A stretch of DNA of 63,813 bases from an uncultured virus (IMG/VR IMGVR_UViG_3300027743_000022) (IMGVR_UViG_3300027743_000022), one strand, 5' to 3'. Positions 47,422 through 57,118 are shown, counted from the stretch's first letter. The notes: a model not told the origin generated them from the sequence alone. A program made the numbers and translations.

Positions 47422-47893
47422 AGCACACCTTCCTGAATATACTAAGAGTAATGCTGCTATGGATTTAGTAGCTATTACTAAGGTATTTGATGAGTATGGA
47501 TGTGTTGAATTTGGTACTGGGATATCAATAGAGATTCCTAGTGGCTATATAGGACTAATATTTCCAAGGAGTATTAATGGTAAGAAGGATCTGTTATTAG
47601 CTGATAGTGTTATGGTTATTAATCCTAATGACCATAGTGAGATTAAACTAAAGTTCAGACCTTCAGCTTTCTTTGCTGATGATTGTCCTACAGTTTCCAT
47701 ATTATCTGGAAAAAGATCAGACACATTTGATTATGTCTGCTTTGGTAAAGAGTGTGTGGAAGATGAAAACAATATGGATATTTATAATGTTGGAGATAAA
47801 GTTGGACAGTTACTAATTATCCCCAGACCATACATACAATGGTCAGAGGTGGTTGATTATGTTCCTAATGCTAATTCATCAACAACAACATGA
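47390..47893 (+). CDS. dUTPase-fold protein, probably catalytically degenerate
   Basis: AAMDL, GTGI, FPRS and GDKVGQL present; motif 3 altered and motif 5 absent. Confidence 0.8.
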   Translation: MVIPIKKLHPEAHLPEYTKSNAAMDLVAITKVFDEYGCVEFGTGISIEIPSGYIGLIFPRSINGKKDLLLADSVMVINPNDHSEIKLKFRPSAFFADDCPTVSILSGKRSDTFDYVCFGKECVEDENNMDIYNVGDKVGQLLIIPRPYIQWSEVVDYVPNANSSTTT

Positions 47894-48264
47894 AAACCTG
47901 TAGTGTAACAGGATGTAACAATCCTGTATGGGGAAAGGGAGTATGTCAGATACATGCTCCCAGGACCCCACTAAAGAAATCTATAAAGGAAACTACTTCT
48001 GATAATAGAAATGCTTTCTTTATGGAGATATGGAAAGAGAGACCACATGTTTGTGAACATTGTGGTAAATCTCTTGGAAGGGAACCTTTAAGTTATATGT
48101 TTGATCACATTCTTGAGAAGAGTAAACATCAAGACTTATCCTTTGAGAAGGATAACATATGGTTAGTCTGCTTAGAATGTCATGATAATAAAACTAGAGG
48201 TATCCTAACAGACAAGTACAAGGAAAAGATTAACTTTGTCAAAACTAAATTCGATAGGTCATGA
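47890..48264 (+). CDS. HNH endonuclease
   Basis: CEHCG...FDHILEK...NIWLVCLECH. Confidence 0.82.
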   Translation: MKTCSVTGCNNPVWGKGVCQIHAPRTPLKKSIKETTSDNRNAFFMEIWKERPHVCEHCGKSLGREPLSYMFDHILEKSKHQDLSFEKDNIWLVCLECHDNKTRGILTDKYKEKINFVKTKFDRS

Positions 48265-48929
48265 GAGAACAGAACAGACCTCGCAAGGGTGACATTAACT
48301 ACAATGTTACTCTTAATGAAGAACAAAAACAAGCTAAACAATTGATAATTGACAATCAAATTGTCATTGTCACAGGAAGAGCTGGTAGTGGTAAGAGTTT
48401 ATTGTGTGCTCAGACAGCACTGGGCTTTCTAATGACTAAGCAATGTGATAAGATACTTGTCACAAGAGCTGCTATCGAAGTGGGTAATTCTCTGGGGTTT
48501 TTACCTGGAGATTTAAAAGAAAAGTTTGATCCTTACCTTGAGGCTTTTCAAGAAAACCTTGTCATGTGCTATGACAAGATGAAAATCATGGAATATATTA
48601 AAGAAGACAAGATCACAGCACTACCTGTGCAGTTTATTAGAGGTAAAACTATCAATGATGTTCTTGTTATTGAAGAAGCTCAGAATCTTACTAAGCATGA
48701 GATGCTTGCTTTATTAACCAGACTAGGTAAGACAGGTAAGATAATCATTAATGGAGATTTAGAGCAACAAGATATTAGAGACAGTTTTAATGGTCTTAGC
48801 TATGCTATAGAACTATCTAAAAAGATAGAAGGTATAGAGTGGATTAAACTAAAACACAATCACAGAAGTGATTTGGTTGGTCAAATTCTTGAACTTGAAT
48901 ATGATAAGAAATTTTCTAAAACAAACTAA
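48261..48929 (+). CDS. phoH: PhoH-like ATPase
   Basis: GRAGSGKS, LGFLPGDLKEK, FIRG, EEAQN, LTRLG, GDLEQ. Confidence 0.93.
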   Translation: MREQNRPRKGDINYNVTLNEEQKQAKQLIIDNQIVIVTGRAGSGKSLLCAQTALGFLMTKQCDKILVTRAAIEVGNSLGFLPGDLKEKFDPYLEAFQENLVMCYDKMKIMEYIKEDKITALPVQFIRGKTINDVLVIEEAQNLTKHEMLALLTRLGKTGKIIINGDLEQQDIRDSFNGLSYAIELSKKIEGIEWIKLKHNHRSDLVGQILELEYDKKFSKTN

Positions 48930-48930
48930 T

Positions 48931-49224
48931 ATGACACAGAAATCAATTAAGCTCTTAGGTAACAGAGTTTACCTGGAAATACCTGAGGAAATAAAGACCA
49001 GTATTCATTTAGATAAAGCTACTAAAGCAGCTTTAGAAGAGGAAAGAATGAGAACCTGGGGCAGACTTAAAGTCTTTGCTGTTGGTTCTGCAATTGAAGG
49101 TTTAAAAGAAGGTGATGAGGTGATGATAGACCCTACAGCAGTAGAGAAAGTTCGTCAGATACCTATTAGTCCTACTCATTATGTTTTATTAGTATCTTAT
49201 CACGACATCTCACATATTTGGTAA
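48931..49224 (+). CDS. groES: GroES-like co-chaperonin
   Basis: IKLLGNRVYL...KVFAVG...LKEGDEV...LVSYHDI; start moved to 48931. Confidence 0.75.
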   Translation: MTQKSIKLLGNRVYLEIPEEIKTSIHLDKATKAALEEERMRTWGRLKVFAVGSAIEGLKEGDEVMIDPTAVEKVRQIPISPTHYVLLVSYHDISHIW

Positions 49225-50018
49225 TGAAACTTCCATTTATTTCCGCAAAATGCGTTACATATGGAAGGGTAAATTTGCTTGAGGAAGCTTTCTACAGCTT
49301 CCTTAAGCAAGATTATCCTAAAGACAGATGTGAACTCATTATAGTGAATGACTATCCATTACAGAGGCTAAAATTACCTAAAGAATTAGAGTCATCTAAT
49401 ATAAGGATATTCAATTTGGGTGCAACCTTTCCAACCATAGGTGCTAAAGAGAACTTTGCTACAGCTAAATGTAGAGGAGATATAATATGTCAATGGGATG
49501 ATGATGATGTGGCTCTTCCTAATCATTTCAATAATGTAGTAAAATACTTTGATAAAGATGCTAATATATTACACTGGGGAAGAGGAGCTTACTGGGAAGA
49601 ACCTAATATAGTATCTCTCACAGGCTTAGGTAACTCTGGTATAGTATTTAGAAAATCAGCTTGGGAAGCTATAGGAGGACATCCTTTAGAGAATGCTGGT
49701 TATGATATGACTTTTGTCAATAGACTTCATAGGTTAGGAATTACAACAGCTGTTCCAGCTAAAGAAGAAGTAAGTTGGTTCTATAGATGGGGATTTGTTA
49801 ACTATGATTGTTATCATCAGTCAGGAAGAGGTACAGATGATGGAACTTTTCCTAATATTATAGAAAGACATACACAGCACATAGAAGATCTAAGAAAACA
49901 AGGTAAAATACCTATAGGAGATATAATACTAAACCCTCACTGGAATTACGATTATGAACAACAACTTAAAGACTATAACAGCTATAGTAATAAACAGGAA
50001 TCTTCTAACTACCCTTAA
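49224..50018 (+). CDS. Glycosyltransferase family 2
   Basis: TYGR...QDYP...IIVND, GAKEN, WDDDD. Confidence 0.88.
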   Translation: MKLPFISAKCVTYGRVNLLEEAFYSFLKQDYPKDRCELIIVNDYPLQRLKLPKELESSNIRIFNLGATFPTIGAKENFATAKCRGDIICQWDDDDVALPNHFNNVVKYFDKDANILHWGRGAYWEEPNIVSLTGLGNSGIVFRKSAWEAIGGHPLENAGYDMTFVNRLHRLGITTAVPAKEEVSWFYRWGFVNYDCYHQSGRGTDDGTFPNIIERHTQHIEDLRKQGKIPIGDIILNPHWNYDYEQQLKDYNSYSNKQESSNYP

Positions 50019-50601
50019 AGCAACAGTAGATTTCTTATTAAAGGAACCTAGAGTAAGAGTAGTTATATATGATCAACAATCAACTTATCCACCTTTATTG
50101 GAATATTATGAATCATGTCCTGTTGACGTGATATATGCTAATAACAATAGAGGACCTACCAGTGCTTGGGATGGTGTCTTAGATGTATATAGAACTAATT
50201 ACTTTATTGTAACAGATCCTGATTGTCTATATGATGATGTACCAGATGATTGGTTAGACAAGATGTTATATGCTTTAGACGTATATAATGTACCTAAGGT
50301 AGGATTCTCACTAAGTCTAGATGACTTACCAGAAACTAACTTTAGACAAGAGATTATAGATTGGGAAAAGAAATATTATATATATAAGAATGAAGTAGGA
50401 TGGTTTGCTGATGTTGATACAACCTTTGCTTTGTATAGACCTAACCATTCATTCTCTTATCAAGCTATTAGACTTGACTTACCTTATTGTATTAAACATG
50501 TACCTTGGTATCTTACTAAACTAAATGATGAGTGGAATTATTATCTTGATAATGCTTCATCAGTTAGTACATGGGGAACTAGACTAAAAAACTTATTATG
50601 A
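49954..50601 (+). CDS. GT-A fold glycosyltransferase
   Basis: IYDQQSTYPPLL, VTDPD (DxD), DTTFALY, H.PWY. Confidence 0.78.
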   Translation: MNNNLKTITAIVINRNLLTTLKATVDFLLKEPRVRVVIYDQQSTYPPLLEYYESCPVDVIYANNNRGPTSAWDGVLDVYRTNYFIVTDPDCLYDDVPDDWLDKMLYALDVYNVPKVGFSLSLDDLPETNFRQEIIDWEKKYYIYKNEVGWFADVDTTFALYRPNHSFSYQAIRLDLPYCIKHVPWYLTKLNDEWNYYLDNASSVSTWGTRLKNLL

Positions 50602-51137
50602 AAATAGAAACTATTTACGAGACACTTTGTACTACACCTTCAGATATAAATGAACATCTTCCTACTCTAAAGAAATATGCTTTAGAATGTGATCATATTA
50701 CAGAATTTGGTGTTAGATATGTTGTATCTACTTATGCTTTACTAGCAGGAAAACCTAAGAATATGATATCTTATGATATAAATCCAGTTAATTGGATTCC
50801 TATAGCAATTGAATGTGTAAACCATACAGATTTTACTTTTATTCAAGGTAATACTTTGGAAATAGAAATTGAACCTACTGAATTATTATTCATTGATACT
50901 CTTCACAATTATAATCAACTCTCTCAGGAATTAAAGTTACATGGAAATAAGGTAAGTAAATATTTGATATTCCATGATACTACTTCCTATGAATTAAATG
51001 GAGAATCTTATGATGGAGTCCCACAGGAAGGAATCTGGAAGGCTATAGAAGAATTCATGGAGAGTAATCCTCATTGGAAATTAAAGGAAAGATTCTTTTA
51101 TAATAATGGTTTGACTATTCTTAAGAGAACATCCTAA
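50598..51137 (+). CDS. Class I SAM-dependent methyltransferase (Methyltransf_24-like)
   Basis: EFGVR..VST, SYDI, LFIDTLH, IFHDT. Confidence 0.85.
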   Translation: MKIETIYETLCTTPSDINEHLPTLKKYALECDHITEFGVRYVVSTYALLAGKPKNMISYDINPVNWIPIAIECVNHTDFTFIQGNTLEIEIEPTELLFIDTLHNYNQLSQELKLHGNKVSKYLIFHDTTSYELNGESYDGVPQEGIWKAIEEFMESNPHWKLKERFFYNNGLTILKRTS

Positions 51138-51146
51138 TAGACCAAC

Positions 51147-51182
51147 AAAAAACCCCTCAGAAATGAGGGGCTATTTTTTTTT
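51147..51182. terminator. Bidirectional terminator at the convergence of the two transcription blocks
   Basis: AAAAAA-CCCCTCA-GAAA-TGAGGGG-cta-TTTTTTTTT. Confidence 0.85.
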
Positions 51183-51193
51183 AAACTAAAAGT

Positions 51194-51751
51194 TTATTTT
51201 AGACGATAGGTTACACCAAATTCCAAGTTATGAGTATCAATACCTCCATTGACAGGTCTAATGTTAGCATTGGAAAGATGTCTAAGACCATAGGTCATAT
51301 TAAGACTCACATCTTCTATCTTATATGTTGCACCTAAAGCAAGGTTACTACTAAATGCCACTCCTTTTGATAATCTTGGAGTAGATTTACTTAAGTAGTC
51401 AGGACCTACACTTAGTAATACAAGTCCACTAAACTGTTTACTAAAACTTCTTCTAGCAATACCACCAATGTTTAAGGAGTATTCTTTCAGATCAATTACA
51501 TTACCATATTGTATATGTTCTGCAAAGTTAATCTCAGGTGCTAATAGCACTTGATATTGGAGGTAATGATTTTTTTGTTTAGGAGTAAATAACCAGTTAG
51601 CTCTGAAGTAATGATTATTGTGTTCATAGTTCTTAGCTGTGTATGCTTTACCAGCACCATAACTTAAACCAATATCAATACCTTCTTTTTGTTCTTGTCC
51701 ATATATATTTAAAGCACAAAAACATAATACAATTAACAGCAATTTTTTCAT
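51194..51751 (-). CDS. PagL-like lipid A 3-O-deacylase / acyloxyacyl hydrolase outer-membrane barrel
   Basis: Signal peptide, alternating beta strands, RHLSNA...NGG.D catalytic motif. Confidence 0.8.
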   Translation of the reverse strand: MKKLLLIVLCFCALNIYGQEQKEGIDIGLSYGAGKAYTAKNYEHNNHYFRANWLFTPKQKNHYLQYQVLLAPEINFAEHIQYGNVIDLKEYSLNIGGIARRSFSKQFSGLVLLSVGPDYLSKSTPRLSKGVAFSSNLALGATYKIEDVSLNMTYGLRHLSNANIRPVNGGIDTHNLEFGVTYRLK

Positions 51752-51798
51752 CTCAATATTATTTAAAAGCCCCTGTTTATCAGAGGCTCAGGTTATAC

Positions 51799-51939
51799 TT
51801 ACTTAGATAGTCTCTTCTTTGTCATAGGAGCCTGAGGATTCTTTCTATCAGGAGTCTTGTCAGACTCTCTCATATAATTAGGTTTATCCTTAGGTGGTGG
51901 AGCTACCTTAGGAGCCTTTCTAGGTTTATCTTTTTTCAT
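51799..51939 (-). CDS. Small Lys/Pro-rich basic protein (46 aa)
   Basis: Hand-translated MKKDKPRKAPKVAPPPKDKPNYM... Confidence 0.55.
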   Translation of the reverse strand: MKKDKPRKAPKVAPPPKDKPNYMRESDKTPDRKNPQAPMTKKRLSK

Positions 51940-52025
51940 ATCTTATTACATAACCAGGTCACAACTAGCATTACTAATCCCACTATTATAGTAATAATTA
52001 TATTAGACCTTTTCATTGTTTAACA

Positions 52026-52256
52026 TCAACAGCCTCCTTTACATGATTTCATAGAGCCACCAGACTTATAAGACATCTTTTTAATCTTACCACCTTTTTT
52101 AAATGGTGCTCTGGTACCTTCTCCTCCACCTATAGTGGGTACTCCTTGCTTATCTTTATTAGCAGGATAACTATCTGCTGGATTAGGGGATTTTTTAGGA
52201 GCTTGTTTCTTAGCTTTCATCTTAGCTCCTTTCTGAGCTACACTAATCTTTTTCAT
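52026..52256 (-). CDS. Small Lys-rich basic protein
   Basis: AQKG, FKKGGK, YKSGG motifs. Confidence 0.7.
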   Translation of the reverse strand: MKKISVAQKGAKMKAKKQAPKKSPNPADSYPANKDKQGVPTIGGGEGTRAPFKKGGKIKKMSYKSGGSMKSCKGGC

Positions 52257-52869
52257 GATTTATTTTATTAAATATAAGTCTAAATGATCTAGGGTCATCT
52301 ATGTGTTGTAATGAATGACACCTTAAACAAAGAGTGATACCATTATTATAATCAAATTCTAATTCTGGATGTTTACTTCTGTGTTTTATATGATGAGCTT
52401 CTAAAATAGTTCTATCATTCTCACCACACAATTGACAAATATAATTATCTCTTTGTTTTATAAATCTCCCCCATTGTTTCAAAGCTAACTTATGATGTTT
52501 ATCGTGTAAACTCTCTTTGTACTCGTAATGATTACTTCCTTTATTAAATTCATTAGCACATAAATGAGAACAAAAACTATGCTTACCCCTAATCAAATGC
52601 TCTTTTCTTTCAAAAGAACATTTACAATTTTCACAAGTTAAATTGATAATATCTGAGGAGTTAGATTTGTATTTACATTCATAACTACAATACTTAGCCT
52701 CATTATTCCACTCTTGTACTTCAAATTCCTTAGAACACTCTTTACAACAAAGAACTATTCTCTTCTTTCTAGATTCTTTAGCACAAGTATAACCACAATA
52801 TTTAGAATGTTTGGTACCTAAATAAGTAGTGTTACATTGTAAGCAAGATTTTTCTATTTGCTTATACAT
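52243..52869 (-). mobile_element. HNH homing endonuclease with three Zn-ribbon repeats
   Basis: CxxC...YC/FC...C repeats; RDNYICQLCG...AHHI...NGITLCLRCH. Confidence 0.85.
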
Positions 52870-53027
52870 TACTTACTCTTTCTTTTACGCCCCATGGCCT
52901 TAAAAGTTTTAGCTAAAGCATATCTTTTAGTACCTGCGGGACAAGAAGGACCACCAAACTTAGAACCTGTGCAAGGTTTATCCTTACGCATAGTCTTTAC
53001 AGCTTTTTGTATCCATTTCTTAGCCAT
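52869..53027 (-). CDS. Small basic protein (52 aa)
   Basis: Hand-translated MAKKWIQKAV...CTGSKFGGPSCPAGTKRYALAKTFK; TAATG-coupled. Confidence 0.65.
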   Translation of the reverse strand: MAKKWIQKAVKTMRKDKPCTGSKFGGPSCPAGTKRYALAKTFKAMGRKRKSK

Positions 53028-53095
53028 TTTATTCTACTTTATTTTAAATAACTATGTGGACAAGTTAAACTCATCCACATAATTACTAATTTTTG

Positions 53096-54169
53096 TTAGC
53101 ATTGTCTAACTAGTTGACCTCTGATTTCTCCATCAGGATAAGCAGCAGTATGGATGTTTACATAGTAAAAACCATTATCCAAATCTACTTGCTGAGCAGC
53201 ATTCAAAGGAGGGCTTACAAAATGCATTGGATTAGTTGCATGACTAATAAGGAATAGAACAGGACCAGCTACACCTTCAGCACCTCTATGTATATGAGCT
53301 GAAATAGGATCTAAGCCTTCAAAGTTCACTGTTAGTTTAGCAACTCTAGTTACAGGATTGAATTCAATAAATGCTTCACCAGTTGCATCTGAAGGATTAG
53401 GAGGAACCTCTTTATTACCTCTTAGAACTGCTCTAAAAGATACTACACCTTGTGCAGTTGTAGAACTAGTAGTAGAATTAGCACTAGTAGAACTAGTAGT
53501 AGTGCTAGGGTTAATACTAGTGGTACTGGTAGTAGAACTATTGGGATTCATACTGGTAGAACTGGAAGTAGTAGAGTTAGGATTGAAACTAGTTGTACTC
53601 GTAGTAGAATTAGGATTCATACTAGTTGTACTAGTAGTACTGGAACCATTCACAGTAGTTGAACTTGTAGTAGAACTAGGATTTACACTAGTAGTACTAG
53701 TTGTTGAACTAGTGTTCATAGTAGTTGAACTAGTTGTACTGGGATTCATACTAGTGGAACTGGTAGTAGAGCTAGGATTAATAGTTGTGGAACTAGTAGT
53801 AGTAGTATTAGGATTAAATGTTGTAGAAGTAGTGGTAGTACTACCATTATCTTCTACTCCAAAATATTCTTTGTACAATGCTCTAGCAACAACAAGATCT
53901 TGATTAACTTTTTTAAGACTTAATTCAAGTTTAAAAATTTTATCAACCCAAACTTTTGGTACATATCTTCTTCCTAATAGGTAGTCATCAAGATCTTCAG
54001 AGTCTTGAATTTTACGCTGAATAGCTTCTCTTTTTCTAACTAGATCAGCTATAAGGTTTTCAAAAGCATCTTTTGTTGTTCTAAACATTAGAAGTGCTTT
54101 AGGACTTAAGTCTCCTCCATTAGGAGCTAGTAAGCGTTGAAATTTCGTAATTTCTACATCGTTTGCCAT
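53096..54169 (-). CDS. Coiled-coil + Ser/Thr repeat linker + CHRD domain protein
   Basis: C-terminal L.G..EVPP...A.G.A...AHIH.G..G..GP...YVNIHT..YP.GEIRGQ. Confidence 0.88.
   Translation of the reverse strand: MANDVEITKFQRLLAPNGGDLSPKALLMFRTTKDAFENLIADLVRKREAIQRKIQDSEDLDDYLLGRRYVPKVWVDKIFKLELSLKKVNQDLVVARALYKEYFGVEDNGSTTTTSTTFNPNTTTTSSTTINPSSTTSSTSMNPSTTSSTTMNTSSTTSTTSVNPSSTTSSTTVNGSSTTSTTSMNPNSTTSTTSFNPNSTTSSSTSMNPNSSTTSTTSINPSTTTSSTSANSTTSSTTAQGVVSFRAVLRGNKEVPPNPSDATGEAFIEFNPVTRVAKLTVNFEGLDPISAHIHRGAEGVAGPVLFLISHATNPMHFVSPPLNAAQQVDLDNGFYYVNIHTAAYPDGEIRGQLVRQC
53455..53845 (-). repeat. Tandem repeat encoding about 12 copies of ~11-aa STTSTT-x-NP[SN]
   Basis: Visible in the translation and as actagt/gtagta periodicity. 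Confidence 0.85.
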
Positions 54170-54187
54170 GGCATTTTTTAATTTAAA

Positions 54188-54481
54188 TTATTTTACTTTT
54201 TTCAATCTCTTGTTAGTACTTTCAGGTACTGCTTGTATAGGCAGTGAAGCATCTTGTTCCTCACTGGATCTAACTTCATAAATGGAACCATCTTCTACCG
54301 ATTTAGCTACAAGACTTTCAATTCTTTTATTAGCTTCATAGGCCATAATAGCATTGGTTGCTTCTTGTGTTGCTAAGATACCTCTTAAGGTATTTAAGAT
54401 TAATCCTAGATCTTGTCCTGATATAACAAACTTAGTGTCAGGATTCCAGGTGTAATTCTTAGTTGGATCATAAGTTGCCAT
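54188..54481 (-). CDS. Hypothetical protein
   Basis: ORF track; TAACTTTG element upstream. Confidence 0.75.
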   Translation of the reverse strand: MATYDPTKNYTWNPDTKFVISGQDLGLILNTLRGILATQEATNAIMAYEANKRIESLVAKSVEDGSIYEVRSSEEQDASLPIQAVPESTNKRLKKVK

Positions 54482-54509
54482 AATATAATTATTTAATTGG
54501 TTTGAATAA

Positions 54510-54517
54510 CAAAGTTA
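54510..54517 (-). promoter_or_regulatory. Bacteroidota-type -7 promoter element
   Basis: Reverse complement TAACTTTG. Confidence 0.45.
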
Positions 54518-54527
54518 AAAAATATTT

Positions 54528-54812
54528 TCAATTTAGTGTAACATTAAATGTTATAACTGCGCTAGTTTTTATTGATTTTCCCATGTCTAATCTTAGCCCT
54601 AACAAATTATGGAATTTTAGTATCTCTTCTATAAGTAAGTTAGTATACATAGGTAGGCTTGGAGCTAATCTAAACCTATAACTTGTGGGAGTCTTTACAA
54701 TTTCTAAACTGGAAAGTTCATCCACAGATTCAATTATACCTTTCAAACTTGCGAAGTAAACAGCTTCATTGTCAGGCAGAACAGAAGGAAAAAATTTCTT
54801 TACTAGTTCCAT
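54528..54812 (-). CDS. Hypothetical protein
   Basis: TAATG-coupled. Confidence 0.7.
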   Translation of the reverse strand: MELVKKFFPSVLPDNEAVYFASLKGIIESVDELSSLEIVKTPTSYRFRLAPSLPMYTNLLIEEILKFHNLLGLRLDMGKSIKTSAVITFNVTLN

Positions 54813-55216
54813 TAACTTAGGGTTAATCTATAAAGGGTTTTAGCAGCATCACCTGATAGGGTTTGTGCCATATTCTCTATGTCACAAAAATGATTCTTAT
54901 TTCCATAGAGCTCCAGTTGATATGCAAATTCATGTAATTCCTTTACACATCTCCTAGTGAATTCTGGAGTGTAGTTTTGTATAGGATCTACAGGCATAGC
55001 TTTAGTGCGTACACCTGTGTATCCCATAATTTTTTCTACAAAATCATCCTTAGCAGTAAATACTATACCATATAGATCCCCAAGAGCTTCATGTTCAGCA
55101 AAAGATTTAGTTTGCCAATGCAATTCATGTATCTGTAGCTCAAAATAATTAAACTTAGCCTTGATAACATCAAGAGTAAGATTATTGTCAGTCATCTCTT
55201 TGGGAAAAATAGCCAT
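54812..55216 (-). CDS. Ferritin/Dps-like protein (DUF5856-type)
   Basis: HELHWQT.SFAEH.ALGDLY...D.FVEK.MG, KTLYRLTL. Confidence 0.8.
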   Translation of the reverse strand: MAIFPKEMTDNNLTLDVIKAKFNYFELQIHELHWQTKSFAEHEALGDLYGIVFTAKDDFVEKIMGYTGVRTKAMPVDPIQNYTPEFTRRCVKELHEFAYQLELYGNKNHFCDIENMAQTLSGDAAKTLYRLTLS

Positions 55217-55227
55217 AGTATTTAGTA

Positions 55228-55473
55228 TTAAGGTATTGTTGTAGTAGTGGTAGTACTAGGAGCTACTGTAGTTGTACTAGTAGTTGATGCATCAGGTGCA
55301 TAGGGTACTACGTCATATGGTGATGGGTTAGGGCCACAGCATAGATGTGCTGAGACTTCTTTCCAATTACCAACCTTAGGCTTAGATCTTCTTAAGATCA
55401 AGCTACCAGGAATAATTCTGCCTCTACCATCGTATCTAACGTATGCTCTGAGGTCTCGCTTATTCGGATCCAT
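55228..55473 (-). CDS. Small protein with Thr-rich tail
   Basis: AYVRYDG.GRIIPGSLIL...CC...STTSTTTVAPSTTTTT. Confidence 0.75.
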   Translation of the reverse strand: MDPNKRDLRAYVRYDGRGRIIPGSLILRRSKPKVGNWKEVSAHLCCGPNPSPYDVVPYAPDASTTSTTTVAPSTTTTTTIP

Positions 55474-55491
55474 AATAAAAATTATTTAAGG

Positions 55492-56508
55492 TTAATATTC
55501 AAGTTTATATTTTTCATGTAATTCTTTGAGCTTCTTGGCGTACATCCAGGTACAGAACCCTTTAGATGTTTCATCATTAAGCACAACATCTATCTGACTA
55601 TCTTTAAAAGGATCACTACCTGTATGGTATTTACCTTTATAGAATGCTGGATATCCATTTCCAGTTTCAGATACTATTCCTGCATTGTGTAATATAGTAT
55701 TAGAATTCATCTTATCTATTACATCACTACTCCATGCAAAATTTAATTCAGGAACAATCTTAGTCTCTTTATCTCTTAACCAGAGATTCCATAAGACTGC
55801 CCACATATCAGCACACCAACTTTGAAATCCTTTATCTTCTGATTCAAAGAAGTTCTTATTAATGTGTTGAAGATATCTTCTTATTATTATACAGTCTCCA
55901 ATTACTTTCATCCAGAATTTACTATCTGTATCTTTAAGAAGATATTGTGCACCACCAGAATCATTATTATGTTCTTCACATATCTCTCTATTGATACCTA
56001 TAAAGCTTGTAAGCTCACTTAGTATGTCTCTTGCTTTATATTCTTCCAGCTTATCAGGGAGAACATCTTTTACTTTACTATCAAAATAGCTAGCATTAAT
56101 GTAACTGTTTGTATCTGATAGATAGTTAACATCATCTTCAATAAGATTGTCTATATTAAAGTTCTTTGTAAATACAATATCACTATCACAATAGAAGATT
56201 GCTTTATTAGAATATGAAGGTTCATCTTTTAAGAATCTCCACATAGTATAAGGTCTTAATATAGGAATATATGTTCCTAGTAAAGGTGATATTTCATCCT
56301 CGTCCCTGTAAAATTTAAATAGGGCCTCAGGATATAGGTCTGTAATCTGTTTCCACTTAGGGTTTTGTTCCCTAAAATTAGGTGTAAAGATCAGCACTAC
56401 TGCTTTACTACTCATACCTAATTCTCTTAAACTTTCTAACCAGAGATTCACTTGCCATGTGTAGTAAGTATCGTCTGGTTGGATACAAAGGAAAACTAAA
56501 TCTTTCAT
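55492..56508 (-). CDS. GT-A glycosyltransferase resembling plant HPAT/SGT peptide O-glycosyltransferases
   Basis: YYTWQ, Y.PILRP, YCDSDIVF (DxD), GGAQY, WCADMWA, ILH; start moved to 56508. Confidence 0.7.
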   Translation of the reverse strand: MKDLVFLCIQPDDTYYTWQVNLWLESLRELGMSSKAVVLIFTPNFREQNPKWKQITDLYPEALFKFYRDEDEISPLLGTYIPILRPYTMWRFLKDEPSYSNKAIFYCDSDIVFTKNFNIDNLIEDDVNYLSDTNSYINASYFDSKVKDVLPDKLEEYKARDILSELTSFIGINREICEEHNNDSGGAQYLLKDTDSKFWMKVIGDCIIIRRYLQHINKNFFESEDKGFQSWCADMWAVLWNLWLRDKETKIVPELNFAWSSDVIDKMNSNTILHNAGIVSETGNGYPAFYKGKYHTGSDPFKDSQIDVVLNDETSKGFCTWMYAKKLKELHEKYKLEY

Positions 56509-56509
56509 A

Positions 56510-57106
56510 TTAACATTGGTTTTTTGGTTTAGATCTTTCATCTCTCTTAAGAATCTTCATGGTATGTGTCTTCCAAGTTCTACCATAAATTATATTTCTA
56601 AAGATTTCTATAGGTATACCCATATCTACAGATATACTTTTAATAGAACGCCCTGAGTTGTACTCAGTTTTAAACTTAGTTACTATAATATTAGTGACTT
56701 TAGCTTTAATATTATTCTCACCTGCTCTACTAGGCTGTAAACCCAGTCTGTATGCATGTAGTTGATTCTCACTATTAGTAGTCCATTCTAAATTCACAGC
56801 TCTACAATCAGTCTTAATACCATTAATGTGATTAACCTGAGGTTTATTCTCAGGATTTGGTATAAAAGCTTCTGCAACTAATCTATGAGGATTTCTTTCA
56901 AGAGCTTTCCCATTAATATGAAAAACAACACTAGGATATCCTTTTTTATTTAGTTTAGGAACTAAGATTTTACCCTTTACAGGAGTAAGACCCTTTCTCA
57001 TAATATATCTATCAATACTTCTAACCCTACCAAGATCACTTACTTCATAGAGATCATTACCTACACAAGGTAGCCAAGTCTCTGTAAGGAATGTTAACTC
57101 TCTCAT
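56510..57106 (-). mobile_element. NUMOD4-HNH homing endonuclease
   Basis: YEVSDLGRVRS; HRLVAEAFIPNPENKPQVNHING.K......NLEW...EN..HA. Confidence 0.92.
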
Positions 57107-57118
57107 ATGTAATTGGTT

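Noticed and set aside
52858..53082. + strand 74-aa ORF
   Set aside because: The - strand 52-aa basic ORF fits local gene orientation and is TAATG-coupled
53358..53903. + strand Val/Leu/Glu-rich ORF (and 53450..53662)
   Set aside because: Antisense shadow of the Ser/Thr repeat in the CHRD gene
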